Shown: piece by piece, positions 46,651 through 55,726 of the stretch
Position numbering within the stretch: the stretch's first letter is position 1
Layout of the letters: each line of letters starts with the position of its first letter
IMG/VR virus record: IMGVR_UViG_2916199983_000001
Source of the DNA: a virus
Lineage: Duplodnaviria; Heunggongvirae; Uroviricota; Caudoviricetes
Length of the DNA: 55,726 nucleotides
Direction: 5' to 3' (one strand)
The notes under the pieces: generated by a model
What the model was told of the DNA's origin: nothing
The model's database searches: none
What the model saw: only the letters and a program-made list of their open reading frames with translations
Position numbers and translations under genes: made by a program

Positions 46651-48966
46651 TCAGATTTTGCACGCGCCATCGCACTCATCTTCTGGCTCAACAACCTCCG
46701 CAGCGGAAGGTTCTGACACCTGATCGTCGTCATCACGCTTACCTGCGCCATCACGCGTGTTGTGGTAATAAAGCGTCTTCACACCTTGCTGATACGCAAA
46801 CAGCAGATCCTCCAGCAGCTTCATCATTGGAACCTTGTCGCCAGGGAAGCGAGTCGGGTCGTAGTTGGTGTTCGCAGAGATGGCCTGATCGAAGAACTTC
46901 TGAATGATGGCCACCTTAGTCAGATAGCCGCGGTTATCAGGCATATCCCACAGGTACTCGTACTGGTCTTTCAGTTGCGCGAAGTCCGGAACGACCATCT
47001 TCACGATGCCGTCTTTGGAAGACTTCACGGACACCGGGCCGCGGGGCGGCTCAATACCATTGGTGGAGTTGGTGATCTGGCTGGACGTCTCACACGGCAT
47101 TTGAGCGGTCAGAGTGGAGTTACGCAGACCATGCTCACGGATACGGCCACGCAGTTCTTCCCACGGCATTTTCAGCTCGAAAGAGGTCTCCGGGTTGGTA
47201 TCCAGCGTTTTGCGATAGTGGTCGACTGGCAGCTGGCCCTGTGCATATTTGGTGTGGGAGAACCAGTCACATGCACCTTTCGCTTCGGCCAGTCGGCAGC
47301 TCGCATCGAGCAGGTAGTACTGAATGGCTTCGAAGGTCTCATGTACCAACTGGTTGCCCGCAGCGTCAGAGTAGTTAAAGCCGTTCTTCGCCAGATAGTA
47401 GGCAAAGTTGGTCACGCCAATACCCAGACTACGACGAGCTTTAGCCGGGATTTCTGCAGCAGCCATCGGGTAGTCCTGATAGTCGAGCAGAGAGTCCAGT
47501 GCCGCCACAGCGTAAAACGCCACGTCTTTCAGTGAGTCCAGCGTGCGGATCGCGCCCAGGTTGAACGCAGACAGGGTGCAAAGCGCGATTTCCCCGTTCG
47601 GATCGTCAGTGAACGCCAGTGGCTTGGTCGGTAGCGTGATCTCCATGCAGAGATTGGACTGGTGTACCGGTGCAATTTCCGGAACGAATGCGCCGTGATC
47701 GTTCATGTGGTCGACGTTGGCAATGTAAACACGACCAGTGGAGGCACGCTCCTGCATCAGCGTAGAGAACAGGTCGACGGCCGGGATAGATTTCTTACGG
47801 ATGCTCTCGTCGGCCTCGTACTTCAGGTACAGCTCTTCGAACTTGTCCTGATCAACAAAGAACGCGTCGTACAGTCCCGGCACATCGTGTGGGCTGAACA
47901 GCGTAATGTTTTCGTTGCGCACCAGGCGGCGATACATCAGACGGTTAATCATCACGCCATAGTCGAGATGACGAACGCGGTTCTCTTCAATGCCACGGTT
48001 GTTTTTCAGCACCAGCAGACTTTCAACTTCCAGATGCCAGATCGGATAGAACGCTGTAGCAGCGCCGCCGCGAACACCGCCCTGAGAGCAGGATTTCACC
48101 GCCGTCTGGAAGTGCTTTAGGAATGGAATAACACCTGTGTGGGTGGCCTCGCCATTGCGGATCTCACTTCCCAGCGCACGCAGACGCCCAAAGCCAATAC
48201 CAATGCCCGCGCGACGTGACACGTAGTCAATGATTGCGGAAGACGCAGCGCTAATCCCTTTCAGACTATCAGCAGCTTCAATCAGCACGCAGCTGGAGAA
48301 CTGGCGAGTAGGGGTGCGCACGCCGGCCATAATTGGCGTTGGCAGAGACAGCTTGAATGTACTGGTCACATCGTAGAAGCCTTTAACCATCTCCAGACGC
48401 GTCTTACCGGCGTAGCCATCTTCCCAATTCTGGAACAGGCACATGCCGACCAGCATGTAGAGTTGCTGTGGCCCTTCGTAGATAGCGCCAGTTACACGGT
48501 TTTGAACGAGATACTTGCTCGCCAGCTGCACGGTTGCGGCATAGCCGAAGTATTCGTCGCGCTTAGGCTTGATGTACACGCCCAGCTCGGCAATTTCTTC
48601 CTGAGAGTAGTACTTGAGAAGGTCTTCATCGTAAACGCCACGGCTGACGTTGCTGACGATGTGATTGTAGAAATTCGGGTAGTCATACTGCCCGAAGGCG
48701 TCCTTGCGGATCTTGAACAGGCTCAGTCGCGCGGCAACCTGCGAGTAGTTCGGGGTTTCCGGAGAGATCAGATCGGCAGCGGACTTCACCAGCGCTTCAT
48801 GCAGCTGGCAGGTGGTCATTCCGTCGAAAATGCTGGCAGCGGCGCCCATAGCGACAGCAGACGCGCTAACGTTGCGAATGTTTTCGACTCCCCACATCAC
48901 AACGCGGTTGTATTTTTCCTCTGACAACGGCTCTGTGGAACCGTTACGTTTTACGATGCTTATCAT
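46651..48966 (-). CDS. nrdA: Ribonucleotide reductase class Ia alpha subunit
   Basis: ATP-cone VKRNG, LPTPIMAG...QFSSC, QSNLCMEI, C-terminal CxxxxC (ECDGAC). Confidence 0.97.
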   Translation of the reverse strand: MISIVKRNGSTEPLSEEKYNRVVMWGVENIRNVSASAVAMGAAASIFDGMTTCQLHEALVKSAADLISPETPNYSQVAARLSLFKIRKDAFGQYDYPNFYNHIVSNVSRGVYDEDLLKYYSQEEIAELGVYIKPKRDEYFGYAATVQLASKYLVQNRVTGAIYEGPQQLYMLVGMCLFQNWEDGYAGKTRLEMVKGFYDVTSTFKLSLPTPIMAGVRTPTRQFSSCVLIEAADSLKGISAASSAIIDYVSRRAGIGIGFGRLRALGSEIRNGEATHTGVIPFLKHFQTAVKSCSQGGVRGGAATAFYPIWHLEVESLLVLKNNRGIEENRVRHLDYGVMINRLMYRRLVRNENITLFSPHDVPGLYDAFFVDQDKFEELYLKYEADESIRKKSIPAVDLFSTLMQERASTGRVYIANVDHMNDHGAFVPEIAPVHQSNLCMEITLPTKPLAFTDDPNGEIALCTLSAFNLGAIRTLDSLKDVAFYAVAALDSLLDYQDYPMAAAEIPAKARRSLGIGVTNFAYYLAKNGFNYSDAAGNQLVHETFEAIQYYLLDASCRLAEAKGACDWFSHTKYAQGQLPVDHYRKTLDTNPETSFELKMPWEELRGRIREHGLRNSTLTAQMPCETSSQITNSTNGIEPPRGPVSVKSSKDGIVKMVVPDFAQLKDQYEYLWDMPDNRGYLTKVAIIQKFFDQAISANTNYDPTRFPGDKVPMMKLLEDLLFAYQQGVKTLYYHNTRDGAGKRDDDDQVSEPSAAEVVEPEDECDGACKI

Positions 48967-48978
48967 GTATCACCCAAT

Positions 48979-49005
48979 AAAAAAGGCCACTAAATATAGT
49001 GGCCT
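48979..49005 (-). terminator. Intrinsic terminator upstream of nrdA
   Basis: AGGCCACTA-4nt-TAGTGGCCT followed by a T-tract on minus strand. Confidence 0.8.
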
Positions 49006-49043
49006 CATGTTAATAGATAAGCACTTACCTATCAATTACCGAC

Positions 49044-49613
49044 TTATAAAATTCCCGCAAGAACATCGCGAACCTGACGGAATTGATCAGTTTGCATACC
49101 TGTGTAAATCGACGCGACAGCGTCCGCAAGGTGCTCGTTTTTATTCACCAGCACTTCCTTACCAGATTGCTTCCGGCGCAACCACGGGGCGTTTGGCTGC
49201 TTCTGCGTAGCCCACTGAATGATCTCTTCCTTCGACGTGGTCAGCTTATTCCCAACATAGTGCTTAATCTCGTTTGGCGTGACCTGTATCAGTGGCTTAT
49301 CCACGCACGCCAGTACGCCAATGCAGATGCCGTATGAGGTTTGTGCGCGACTGGACTGGCTACCAACCGGCAACTCGCAAAACACCATATGAGCCTGCTC
49401 GATTATGGGCTTGGCGGTACGCCAGATTTCGTTAGCGCGGCGCAGATCGTCGCTGTTTACGCGAACCGTCTTCTTGTTGCCACCAGCTTTGGTTTCCACC
49501 AATGTCAGGCCATGAATGTCCAGCTTATCCGTTTCCAGATCCAGCGTGCCAATCGCCAGGCCAAAGTTGCTCATTGAAGGGTCGACGCCGACCACACGAA
49601 TGGTTTTACTCAT
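49044..49613 (-). CDS. RuvC-like Holliday junction resolvase
   Basis: VVGVDPSMSNFG, VFCE, VTPNEIK, HLADAVA. Confidence 0.85.
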   Translation of the reverse strand: MSKTIRVVGVDPSMSNFGLAIGTLDLETDKLDIHGLTLVETKAGGNKKTVRVNSDDLRRANEIWRTAKPIIEQAHMVFCELPVGSQSSRAQTSYGICIGVLACVDKPLIQVTPNEIKHYVGNKLTTSKEEIIQWATQKQPNAPWLRRKQSGKEVLVNKNEHLADAVASIYTGMQTDQFRQVRDVLAGIL

Positions 49614-49624
49614 TTTTGGTCTCC

Positions 49625-50371
49625 TTACCACGTAGCCCAGGTTGGGCATTCCATTAGTTTCTGTTCAAGTGTCTTCTCCGGCTCGCGAGTTGGCGGCTTC
49701 GGAATGTCGCTAACAACATGAATGCTATCGTTGGTTAGAACGCCTGCCGCAATATCTGCATCAATCATGCTCTGGCCGATGAAATGTCGCATGATGTCGA
49801 TCAGATGGCGTGCAGCCGTTTCATTCGCGCTGAATACATGGGGGAGAAGAACTTCAATAACCGCTACTTCACATCCCTCCTCGTAAAAGCAAAGTTTCGC
49901 CCGCTTTGAGATTGGCGCGTGCCGATCATAGTCAACAGAGAAGCTGGCGAAGGCAGCACCCGGCATTGCAACGTGATCTGCGCGTGCGTTAGCGTGTCGA
50001 ATCAGATTAGTGAATGCGGTGCTGATGTGCGTCTCCATCGCATTGAAGAGCGCATTTTCTTGGATGTTCAGCGTTCCGGTTTCAGGAATCACAACGAACC
50101 CCGGCCCAGAATGTGGGAGATATCCACCTTCCGTAAATGGATTAATAAGGATCGGCGCAGTGCTTCCTGACGGCAGCATAGACAAACTCGGCATCAACGG
50201 AGTCGATGACAACAGACTGGTTAATACCGAGAACTGGTCGTCATTGATGTTTTCGTTTTTCCACAAAAGTGCAGGCGCAGCTGCTTTTGCCGTATGGTGG
50301 TTTATCAGCTTTATAGACTGCATCACGGCAAACATCTGCAAAAACTGCGTTCGGCTCAAGTTAAACGACAT
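49625..50371 (-). CDS. Hypothetical protein
   Basis: 248 aa ORF overlapping the SbcC-like stop. Confidence 0.75.
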   Translation of the reverse strand: MSFNLSRTQFLQMFAVMQSIKLINHHTAKAAAPALLWKNENINDDQFSVLTSLLSSTPLMPSLSMLPSGSTAPILINPFTEGGYLPHSGPGFVVIPETGTLNIQENALFNAMETHISTAFTNLIRHANARADHVAMPGAAFASFSVDYDRHAPISKRAKLCFYEEGCEVAVIEVLLPHVFSANETAARHLIDIMRHFIGQSMIDADIAAGVLTNDSIHVVSDIPKPPTREPEKTLEQKLMECPTWATW

Positions 50372-52277
50372 AGCTGCGACCCTCTTTGACTTCGACTGTG
50401 ATGGTTTCCCGGAACCACGATTTCATCTCTTTGTGGGAAATGATCATCACTGTGCCGCGTTCACGCGCTTTGGCTTCCAGAATCCCCATGAGACGCTCCA
50501 GACCGGCAGTGTCGAGCGCGTCGTCAATTTCATCCCCGATAAACAGCTCGATATTCTTACTGGCGCGACTGGCAACCAGATCCTGCAAAGCAAGAGAGCA
50601 CGCAATGCGTACCTTACGCTTCTCGCCACCAGACAACGTCTGGAAGGATTTGCTGGAGCCTGTTTTGGTTACGCTGATATTGAATTTGTCGCGATACTCG
50701 CCTTTCTTTGTTGTCTCCATTGTCGACCATTCGGCAACGATATTGCCGTCCGACAGCGTGTTGAGATACTCCGCAGTCCTGATGTTCAGGAAAGGCGTAA
50801 CAGAAGTCAGGATGTGTGAACGCACGCCAGCTGGGGAGTAAACCTGGCGAGCTTTCTCCAGCAACAGAGCCTGTTCCTGAATGCTTTTTAACTCTTTTTT
50901 AAGTACTGCATGATTAGATTTATTGGCAGCCAGGTTGTCTTCATGGCGCTTAATGACAGCCAGAAATGGGTTTACCTCTGCCATGATGCGATTCACGTCA
51001 GTACGCGCCCGCGCCACCATCGCTTCGACGGCCACAACTTCACGTTCTCGATGACGCAGCGCACTTAGCTCATTGGTCAGGCGTTCGATTCTGGCGATGA
51101 TTTCTGAGACGTCGGGTGTGGCTGCGACCAGTGCAGACTCGATGCCGAGCGCTTTCTCAAGACGAGCTTTGTGTTGAGCCACTGCCGCTGCTGATGCCTG
51201 CGCCTGGCCGATCTCATTACGCGCTTGTTCAATGAAACTCTCCTTCACGGTGGACAAATCTTCTTCGCAGTAGGGCTTTCCGCACGTAACACAAGGCGCC
51301 CCGACCTTTGTGCTGACCTCTTCTGCTTTGGTTTTAAACGAACGAGCACGGTTCATGGACTCGTTCTGTGCCGCTTCTGAAGTGCGGATGCTTGAGCGGA
51401 TCTCCGTAATCGCACCGCGCACCTTCAGCAGTTTGGCGTCATGCTCTTCTTTGGAGGCCAGCTTGCTGCGTTCGCCAGCAATCGCGTTTTCCGTATCCCG
51501 GATCTGTTCCGGCAGCGAGCGAATTTCCATCACGACTTCAGACAGTGTTACCTCCGCGCCAGCCAAATCGAATCGAGCCTTGTCCAGACGTTCGCCGCGA
51601 TCGCGCTCCCAGCTATCAGAGGACGCTTTGGCCGCCTCAATCTCTGACTGTGCGGTCTCGATAAGCGTGAGACAGGCGTCCATTTTGGATTTGGTAACAT
51701 CCATACGTGCGGCAGCTGCGTTGGCTCGCTCGCGAGCAATTGCATAGGCTCGCGTTAACCGGTCGACGCCAGCGGCTTCTTCAACGATGGTTTTGAGGTT
51801 CTTGTCGGACATACCCGGCAGATCTGGCATTGCTTCCTGACTGGCGTAGATGGACGCCATGAACACCTCTTTCGATGCACCAATCAGGCGTTCAACGAAC
51901 TCCTGCGTCAGTGTGTCTTTGCCTTTGGTCATATCACCGTCTTCGCCACGGACGATCAGCCGGTTCTTGAACTCTTTGTGTTTGCGGTGGCGAATGATGG
52001 CGTAACGCTTTCCTTCATCCTCAACAGTCACCATCACGCGACAGTTTTTCTCGTGGCCTGTAGACAACACGTCGTCACCTTTAACGCCATGCGCAGTTTC
52101 GCCATACAGACACCACATCAGGCTGTTCATCAAAGTCGATTTGCCCGCGCCATTGCTGGCAGCAGAGGAGTCGCCACTGTTAACACCCTGAATGAGCACC
52201 AGACCGCGTTGGTCTAACTCAACTTCGGCGCTGGCTAACGCCATGAAGTTCTCAACCTGGAGCTTTAGAAATTTCAT
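50361..52277 (-). CDS. SbcC/Rad50/gp46-like SMC ATPase
   Basis: NGAGKS Walker A, coiled coil with CVTC zinc hook, LSGGE signature, IGDEIDDALD, IISH. Confidence 0.92.
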   Translation of the reverse strand: MKFLKLQVENFMALASAEVELDQRGLVLIQGVNSGDSSAASNGAGKSTLMNSLMWCLYGETAHGVKGDDVLSTGHEKNCRVMVTVEDEGKRYAIIRHRKHKEFKNRLIVRGEDGDMTKGKDTLTQEFVERLIGASKEVFMASIYASQEAMPDLPGMSDKNLKTIVEEAAGVDRLTRAYAIARERANAAAARMDVTKSKMDACLTLIETAQSEIEAAKASSDSWERDRGERLDKARFDLAGAEVTLSEVVMEIRSLPEQIRDTENAIAGERSKLASKEEHDAKLLKVRGAITEIRSSIRTSEAAQNESMNRARSFKTKAEEVSTKVGAPCVTCGKPYCEEDLSTVKESFIEQARNEIGQAQASAAAVAQHKARLEKALGIESALVAATPDVSEIIARIERLTNELSALRHREREVVAVEAMVARARTDVNRIMAEVNPFLAVIKRHEDNLAANKSNHAVLKKELKSIQEQALLLEKARQVYSPAGVRSHILTSVTPFLNIRTAEYLNTLSDGNIVAEWSTMETTKKGEYRDKFNISVTKTGSSKSFQTLSGGEKRKVRIACSLALQDLVASRASKNIELFIGDEIDDALDTAGLERLMGILEAKARERGTVMIISHKEMKSWFRETITVEVKEGRSYVV

Positions 52278-52510
52278 ACAATGCCTCTAACTTTTTGATT
52301 CAAATGCTGGCCTTTTCGCAGTTGAAACTCCGTGTGGGCTGGGAAAGATCTGCGTTTCAGTACGCCTTGTTTGCTCAGTCTTCCCAGATAAAACGCCACA
52401 GGGTTTCCGTCAGGTGGGTAGGGCTTGTGGAACATCACCGTCTGGCCTCGTTCAAGTCTTTTCATCGTGGAGATGAAGTCCCGAAAGCTCCCAGAATGGC
52501 TCGTACTCAC
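52274..52510 (-). CDS. Hypothetical basic protein
   Basis: GTGA overlap with SbcD-like stop and overlap with SbcC-like start. Confidence 0.65.
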   Translation of the reverse strand: MSTSHSGSFRDFISTMKRLERGQTVMFHKPYPPDGNPVAFYLGRLSKQGVLKRRSFPAHTEFQLRKGQHLNQKVRGIV

Positions 52511-53592
52511 ACTGCCTCCGCACTCTCCGCTTCGGTCAGGATCTCCTGACACAGCATGTCCAGCTTGCTCAGGTCGAAGCCGCCGTCAGTGTCGTGAACG
52601 ATCTTGCAGTACGCCGCGACGGACTCGCCCAGGCTGTCTATTTTGCTGGTCTCCGCAGTACTGGCAGTGCCTTCCATCATCGATGCCTTGCGGATGAAGT
52701 TGCAGACGACACCCTTAGCGCCCATTGTTTTCAGGACGTTCTGGAGTTTGATGCCTTCTTCATCGCTCTCAACAACGGCACGAAAGCGCACGTAGTTACC
52801 GCGAATTTGGTCGTCTTCCACATCGTCCTCAAGGTTGACGAACTTGGGTGCGGAGGTTTCGTGGTGGGTGAATGTGCCGTCAGGGTTGACGATCATGAAG
52901 CCAGCCAGAGAGCCAACATCGCCCCAATTCTGGTGCGTCAGCGCCCCGATGCTAACCACTCCAGGCAGCACTTCTTTGTGGTTGTGGTAGTGTCCGGACA
53001 GCAACAAACGGAAGCCGATATCTTTCAGTTCCTGTGCGTCGATGCCGACATCAGGCATGGTGGGGATCGCTTTGTTGATCGAGGTATGCACAACGACATC
53101 GTGGTTGTCGCCATCCAGCCCGGAACGCAGTGTTTTGAGGTCGCTGATAAGCTCTGCGTGGTTATTGCGCCAGCTAATCAGGTGGACGGTAACGTCGCCC
53201 ATTTTGATGGAGTGAGAGCGTTTGCCGCAGACGATTTCCACACCGATTGAGCGCAGAGAGGCCGCTGCATTGGCGCTGTATACGGAATCGTTGGTTTCGA
53301 GGTCGTGGTTGCCGGCCAGCATGACCACTTCGAGGCCCAACTCTTTGATGATCCACTCGTAAGTTTCGGTCACGAAATGCAGGACGGAAGGCGATATAGC
53401 ACCACGAACATGGAAAGTATCACCAGCCACCAGCATGTGCTTGCAGCCCGCAGCTTTCATGGCTTTGGCAGCTTCTTTCGTGGCGTCCAGTTGGATCTCC
53501 AGTCGAGAGTTCAGCCCGTCAGCGTTTGTTGTCGCAAAAGCATCCCAACGATGATAATGGGGATCTGATATCACCCCGTATGGCAATGTCAT
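52507..53592 (-). CDS. SbcD/Mre11/gp47-like metallophosphoesterase nuclease
   Basis: SDPH, AGDTFH, GNHD, SGHYH motifs. Confidence 0.92.
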   Translation of the reverse strand: MTLPYGVISDPHYHRWDAFATTNADGLNSRLEIQLDATKEAAKAMKAAGCKHMLVAGDTFHVRGAISPSVLHFVTETYEWIIKELGLEVVMLAGNHDLETNDSVYSANAAASLRSIGVEIVCGKRSHSIKMGDVTVHLISWRNNHAELISDLKTLRSGLDGDNHDVVVHTSINKAIPTMPDVGIDAQELKDIGFRLLLSGHYHNHKEVLPGVVSIGALTHQNWGDVGSLAGFMIVNPDGTFTHHETSAPKFVNLEDDVEDDQIRGNYVRFRAVVESDEEGIKLQNVLKTMGAKGVVCNFIRKASMMEGTASTAETSKIDSLGESVAAYCKIVHDTDGGFDLSKLDMLCQEILTEAESAEAV

Positions 53593-53767
53593 GTGTCTTT
53601 TCCTTTGTGGTTATTTTGATACAGATGTTAAGCGTGTTTGAGAGGCGAACAACCCAGACAACACGGCACAGAAGAAAATCTACAGGCACATGATTATGAC
53701 AAGATATATAAGTAAATACCTACTTATTTTTATGGTGGTGACAATATCTCAACCGTATGGGGGCTTA

Positions 53768-54262
53768 TTACTTCGGATCGCGAAACAGCATCTGCGTGCC
53801 TTTGGGGGACGTGTCAAAAAGGAGAAAACCTCTGCGTTTTAGCATGTCGGCCATTTGCGAGGATTTGACATAGCACTTCGCCATCATCGGCTGGATCGGG
53901 TTTGAATCGATCATGTCGGACACCAGCATTGACCCATAGCCTTTCCCGCGTAGCTCTTTGACGATACTGACGGCTCGGAGTTCAAGTCGTGGCGCACCGG
54001 TTGGATCGAGTGCGGCACAGAGCCAGATTAGCCCTGCTTTTTTGTCATCAGAACGGCGCAGCAGGATGTAGATATAATGCCCGGAGTATTGGCCCTGCTC
54101 GTTCGTCTTGATGGCTAGCCTGGTCTGCTTCTCAAAGGTTTTACCCCCCTTTGATGTGAGGATCTCTTCGTAGAAGTGACCCTTGCGTGCGCCGTCTTCG
54201 AACTCACCCATGATAAATGGCATGTCTGCCACAGTTGCTGCCCTTGAATAAAATTCACTCAT
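53768..54262 (-). CDS. GNAT family acetyltransferase
   Basis: VSIVKELRGKGYGSML motif A. Confidence 0.8.
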   Translation of the reverse strand: MSEFYSRAATVADMPFIMGEFEDGARKGHFYEEILTSKGGKTFEKQTRLAIKTNEQGQYSGHYIYILLRRSDDKKAGLIWLCAALDPTGAPRLELRAVSIVKELRGKGYGSMLVSDMIDSNPIQPMMAKCYVKSSQMADMLKRRGFLLFDTSPKGTQMLFRDPK

Positions 54263-54337
54263 GTATTAATCCCTAAAGCTCTCAGTGTCTTTCTAAGACA
54301 CCATATTTTATGCCCCGGTAAAACCATGAGTTTACGT

Positions 54338-54982
54338 TTAAAACGTCTCAGGGGGCTTCTGACGCGCTACGCTGATGTCGATTACCCCAGCTTTTGGGCG
54401 AGGGTCGACAAGATTCAACTCTTCAGCGCTGTGATACTCCGTATCGAACTCCCGATCGACATGGCGAATGTAGATGGCCGTGAGAAGGCTGTCGTCGTTC
54501 AGGAAGTGTCCGTAGGATTTGCGGATCACTTCGCCAACCTTCTCGATCTTCTCCCCACCCATGCAAAGATGGTTAAACCGGCTATGTTTCCGCAGCATCT
54601 CATCCACCGGGCCGGAGTAGACCTTATCGACTCTCCCGAACCGGATGATATTTCCAGTATCAGCCTCAACCAGACAAACGAGCTTGCCAGGTTCGACCCG
54701 GTCTCGCCATGTTACACCAGAGCGCAGTGTGTTGAAGTAGGGAGCGTCTAATCCGATGATCGGTTTACGAAATGCCAGCAGTGGCACGTAACGTATGCAA
54801 CTGTTCAGGTGGAAGTGCGCACCGGCGTCGTGGAGTTTGAGCCGGGTTTCGTTAATCGGGCACTTCGACGCAATGCCACACAGGTCGCAGAGCAACTTCT
54901 GTTTGTTCAGGCTAGTGTTCGATTCAATGGTGTAGGAGCCATCTTCAAGACGGCGAACCCAGCGCGTGCGTTTGAGATCCAT
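54338..54982 (-). CDS. Hypothetical protein with Cys cluster
   Basis: 214 aa; C..C....C...C possible metal site. Confidence 0.7.
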   Translation of the reverse strand: MDLKRTRWVRRLEDGSYTIESNTSLNKQKLLCDLCGIASKCPINETRLKLHDAGAHFHLNSCIRYVPLLAFRKPIIGLDAPYFNTLRSGVTWRDRVEPGKLVCLVEADTGNIIRFGRVDKVYSGPVDEMLRKHSRFNHLCMGGEKIEKVGEVIRKSYGHFLNDDSLLTAIYIRHVDREFDTEYHSAEELNLVDPRPKAGVIDISVARQKPPETF

Positions 54983-55059
54983 AATTCTTATTCAAATAGT
55001 TTTGTCCGGGGCAACGATAACTGACAAGGCGCACCGATGTTTGCAAATGCCTGTTTTAC

Positions 55060-55285
55060 TTATACCCATTATTCACAGGACCGATCCAATAATTAGATCC
55101 CCAGAGAGATCCTACAGAAGATCAAAAGAGATCCCCGATCGTCTCCAGCCGTTGCGGTTACTGGCCTGAGAGGGGGTTACTATCCACTATGGGGAGGAAA
55201 GTAACCTCTGTAGAGAGCATATTAACCGCTATGAAGAGCAAAACAACCTCTCTGGAGAGTGGTCGGCATCCACTGTAGTGAGTAG
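55060..55285 (+). other. Iteron-type replication origin module 1
   Basis: DnaA boxes TTATACCCA (55060) and TTATTCACA (55069); six GATC (55083-55140); five repeats with CC at 55184, 55205, 55226, 55247, 55270. Confidence 0.8.
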
Positions 55286-55396
55286 GAGACATTGTCTTAA
55301 CTGGATAACTCAGTGCCTGTGTTTCTACGTCAGGTAGCTGATATTCATAGAGATGTTGGAAGTTTTGCGTTCAGGCGTGTTTGTTTCGACCACACA

Positions 55397-55690
55397 TTAT
55401 CCCCAGAAGGGGAGTGATGGCTGGTTATGCAATTACCTGATTTTTATACACAGGCCCGATCCAGTAATTCAGATCCCAAAGAGAACCCAAGAGACCCACA
55501 AAGACCCAAAAAGATCCCCGCACCCCGCAAACCGTTGTGCCGCATGGTCTTAGAGGTGATCGATATCCACTATAGAGAGAAGATCAGCCACTATGAAGAG
55601 CAAACCAACCACTGTAGAGAGTAGAAAAACCACTATAGGCGGTAGGATAACCGCTGTGATGAGTGCTACTATCCACTGTAATCAGCAAAG
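55397..55690 (+). other. Iteron-type replication origin module 2
   Basis: DnaA boxes TTATCCCCA (55397) and TTATACACA (55444); GATC/GACC repeats 55458-55516; six repeats with CC at 55567, 55588, 55609, 55630, 55651, 55673. Confidence 0.75.
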
Positions 55691-55726
55691 GCCACCAAAG
55701 CGGTCGAATAAAAAGAGACACTTGGA

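Noticed and set aside
43156-48966. Introns or inteins in thyA/nrdAB
   Set aside because: Frames are continuous with near-normal lengths; ThyA insertions are short and lack splicing motifs
38-55624. Most plus-strand ORFs overlapping the long minus-strand genes (e.g. 2912-3556, 5607-6461, 10127-10957, 16027-17244, 41594-42331, 46762-47535)
   Set aside because: Antisense shadows of genes with clear family motifs; no RBS or recognisable motifs
55184-55690. CRISPR array
   Set aside because: Period is 21 bp with degenerate repeats and no 30-40 nt unique spacers; context fits iterons

Overview
The whole window reads as part of a temperate siphovirus-type phage-plasmid of Enterobacterales. Gene content and order resemble the SSU5/pHCM2-like group; this is recognised from memory, not from a database search. 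1-15.4 kb (minus strand): virion morphogenesis, from minor tail and tape measure through tail chaperones, major tail, neck, Ig-like decoration, capsid, scaffold, portal and terminase. 15.6-22 kb: a wHTH gene, a GNAT / soluble ABC-ATPase / 2x ParB-like module, and a divergent SF2 helicase operon. 22-34.9 kb: an accessory region of short genes behind repeated promoter cassettes, two long non-coding repeat-rich tracts, a LexA-box gene, ydfZ and a DUF4942-type methyltransferase. 34.9-38.3 kb: a foreign insert of gene fragments bounded by an IS3-family element. 38.4-55 kb: Dam-like methylase, DnaQ-like exonuclease, kinase, DHFR, ThyA, MazG-like, NrdAB, RuvC-like, SbcCD-like and GNAT genes. 55.05-55.7 kb: two tandem P1/RepFIB-style origin modules (DnaA boxes, GATC repeats, 21-bp iterons). 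Strongest unexplained signals: two window-wide palindrome families (18-bp TARGTAA-RYAC-TTACYTA, 14 copies; 13-bp AAACAA-N-TTGTTT, about 14 copies), a duplicated ~110-bp cruciform element, the ParB/ABC/GNAT module beside terminase, and the duplicated origin with differential GATC content. All product calls come from motif recognition and gene order without searches. Several starts were moved from the ORF track to the codon with a plausible RBS or stop/start overlap.
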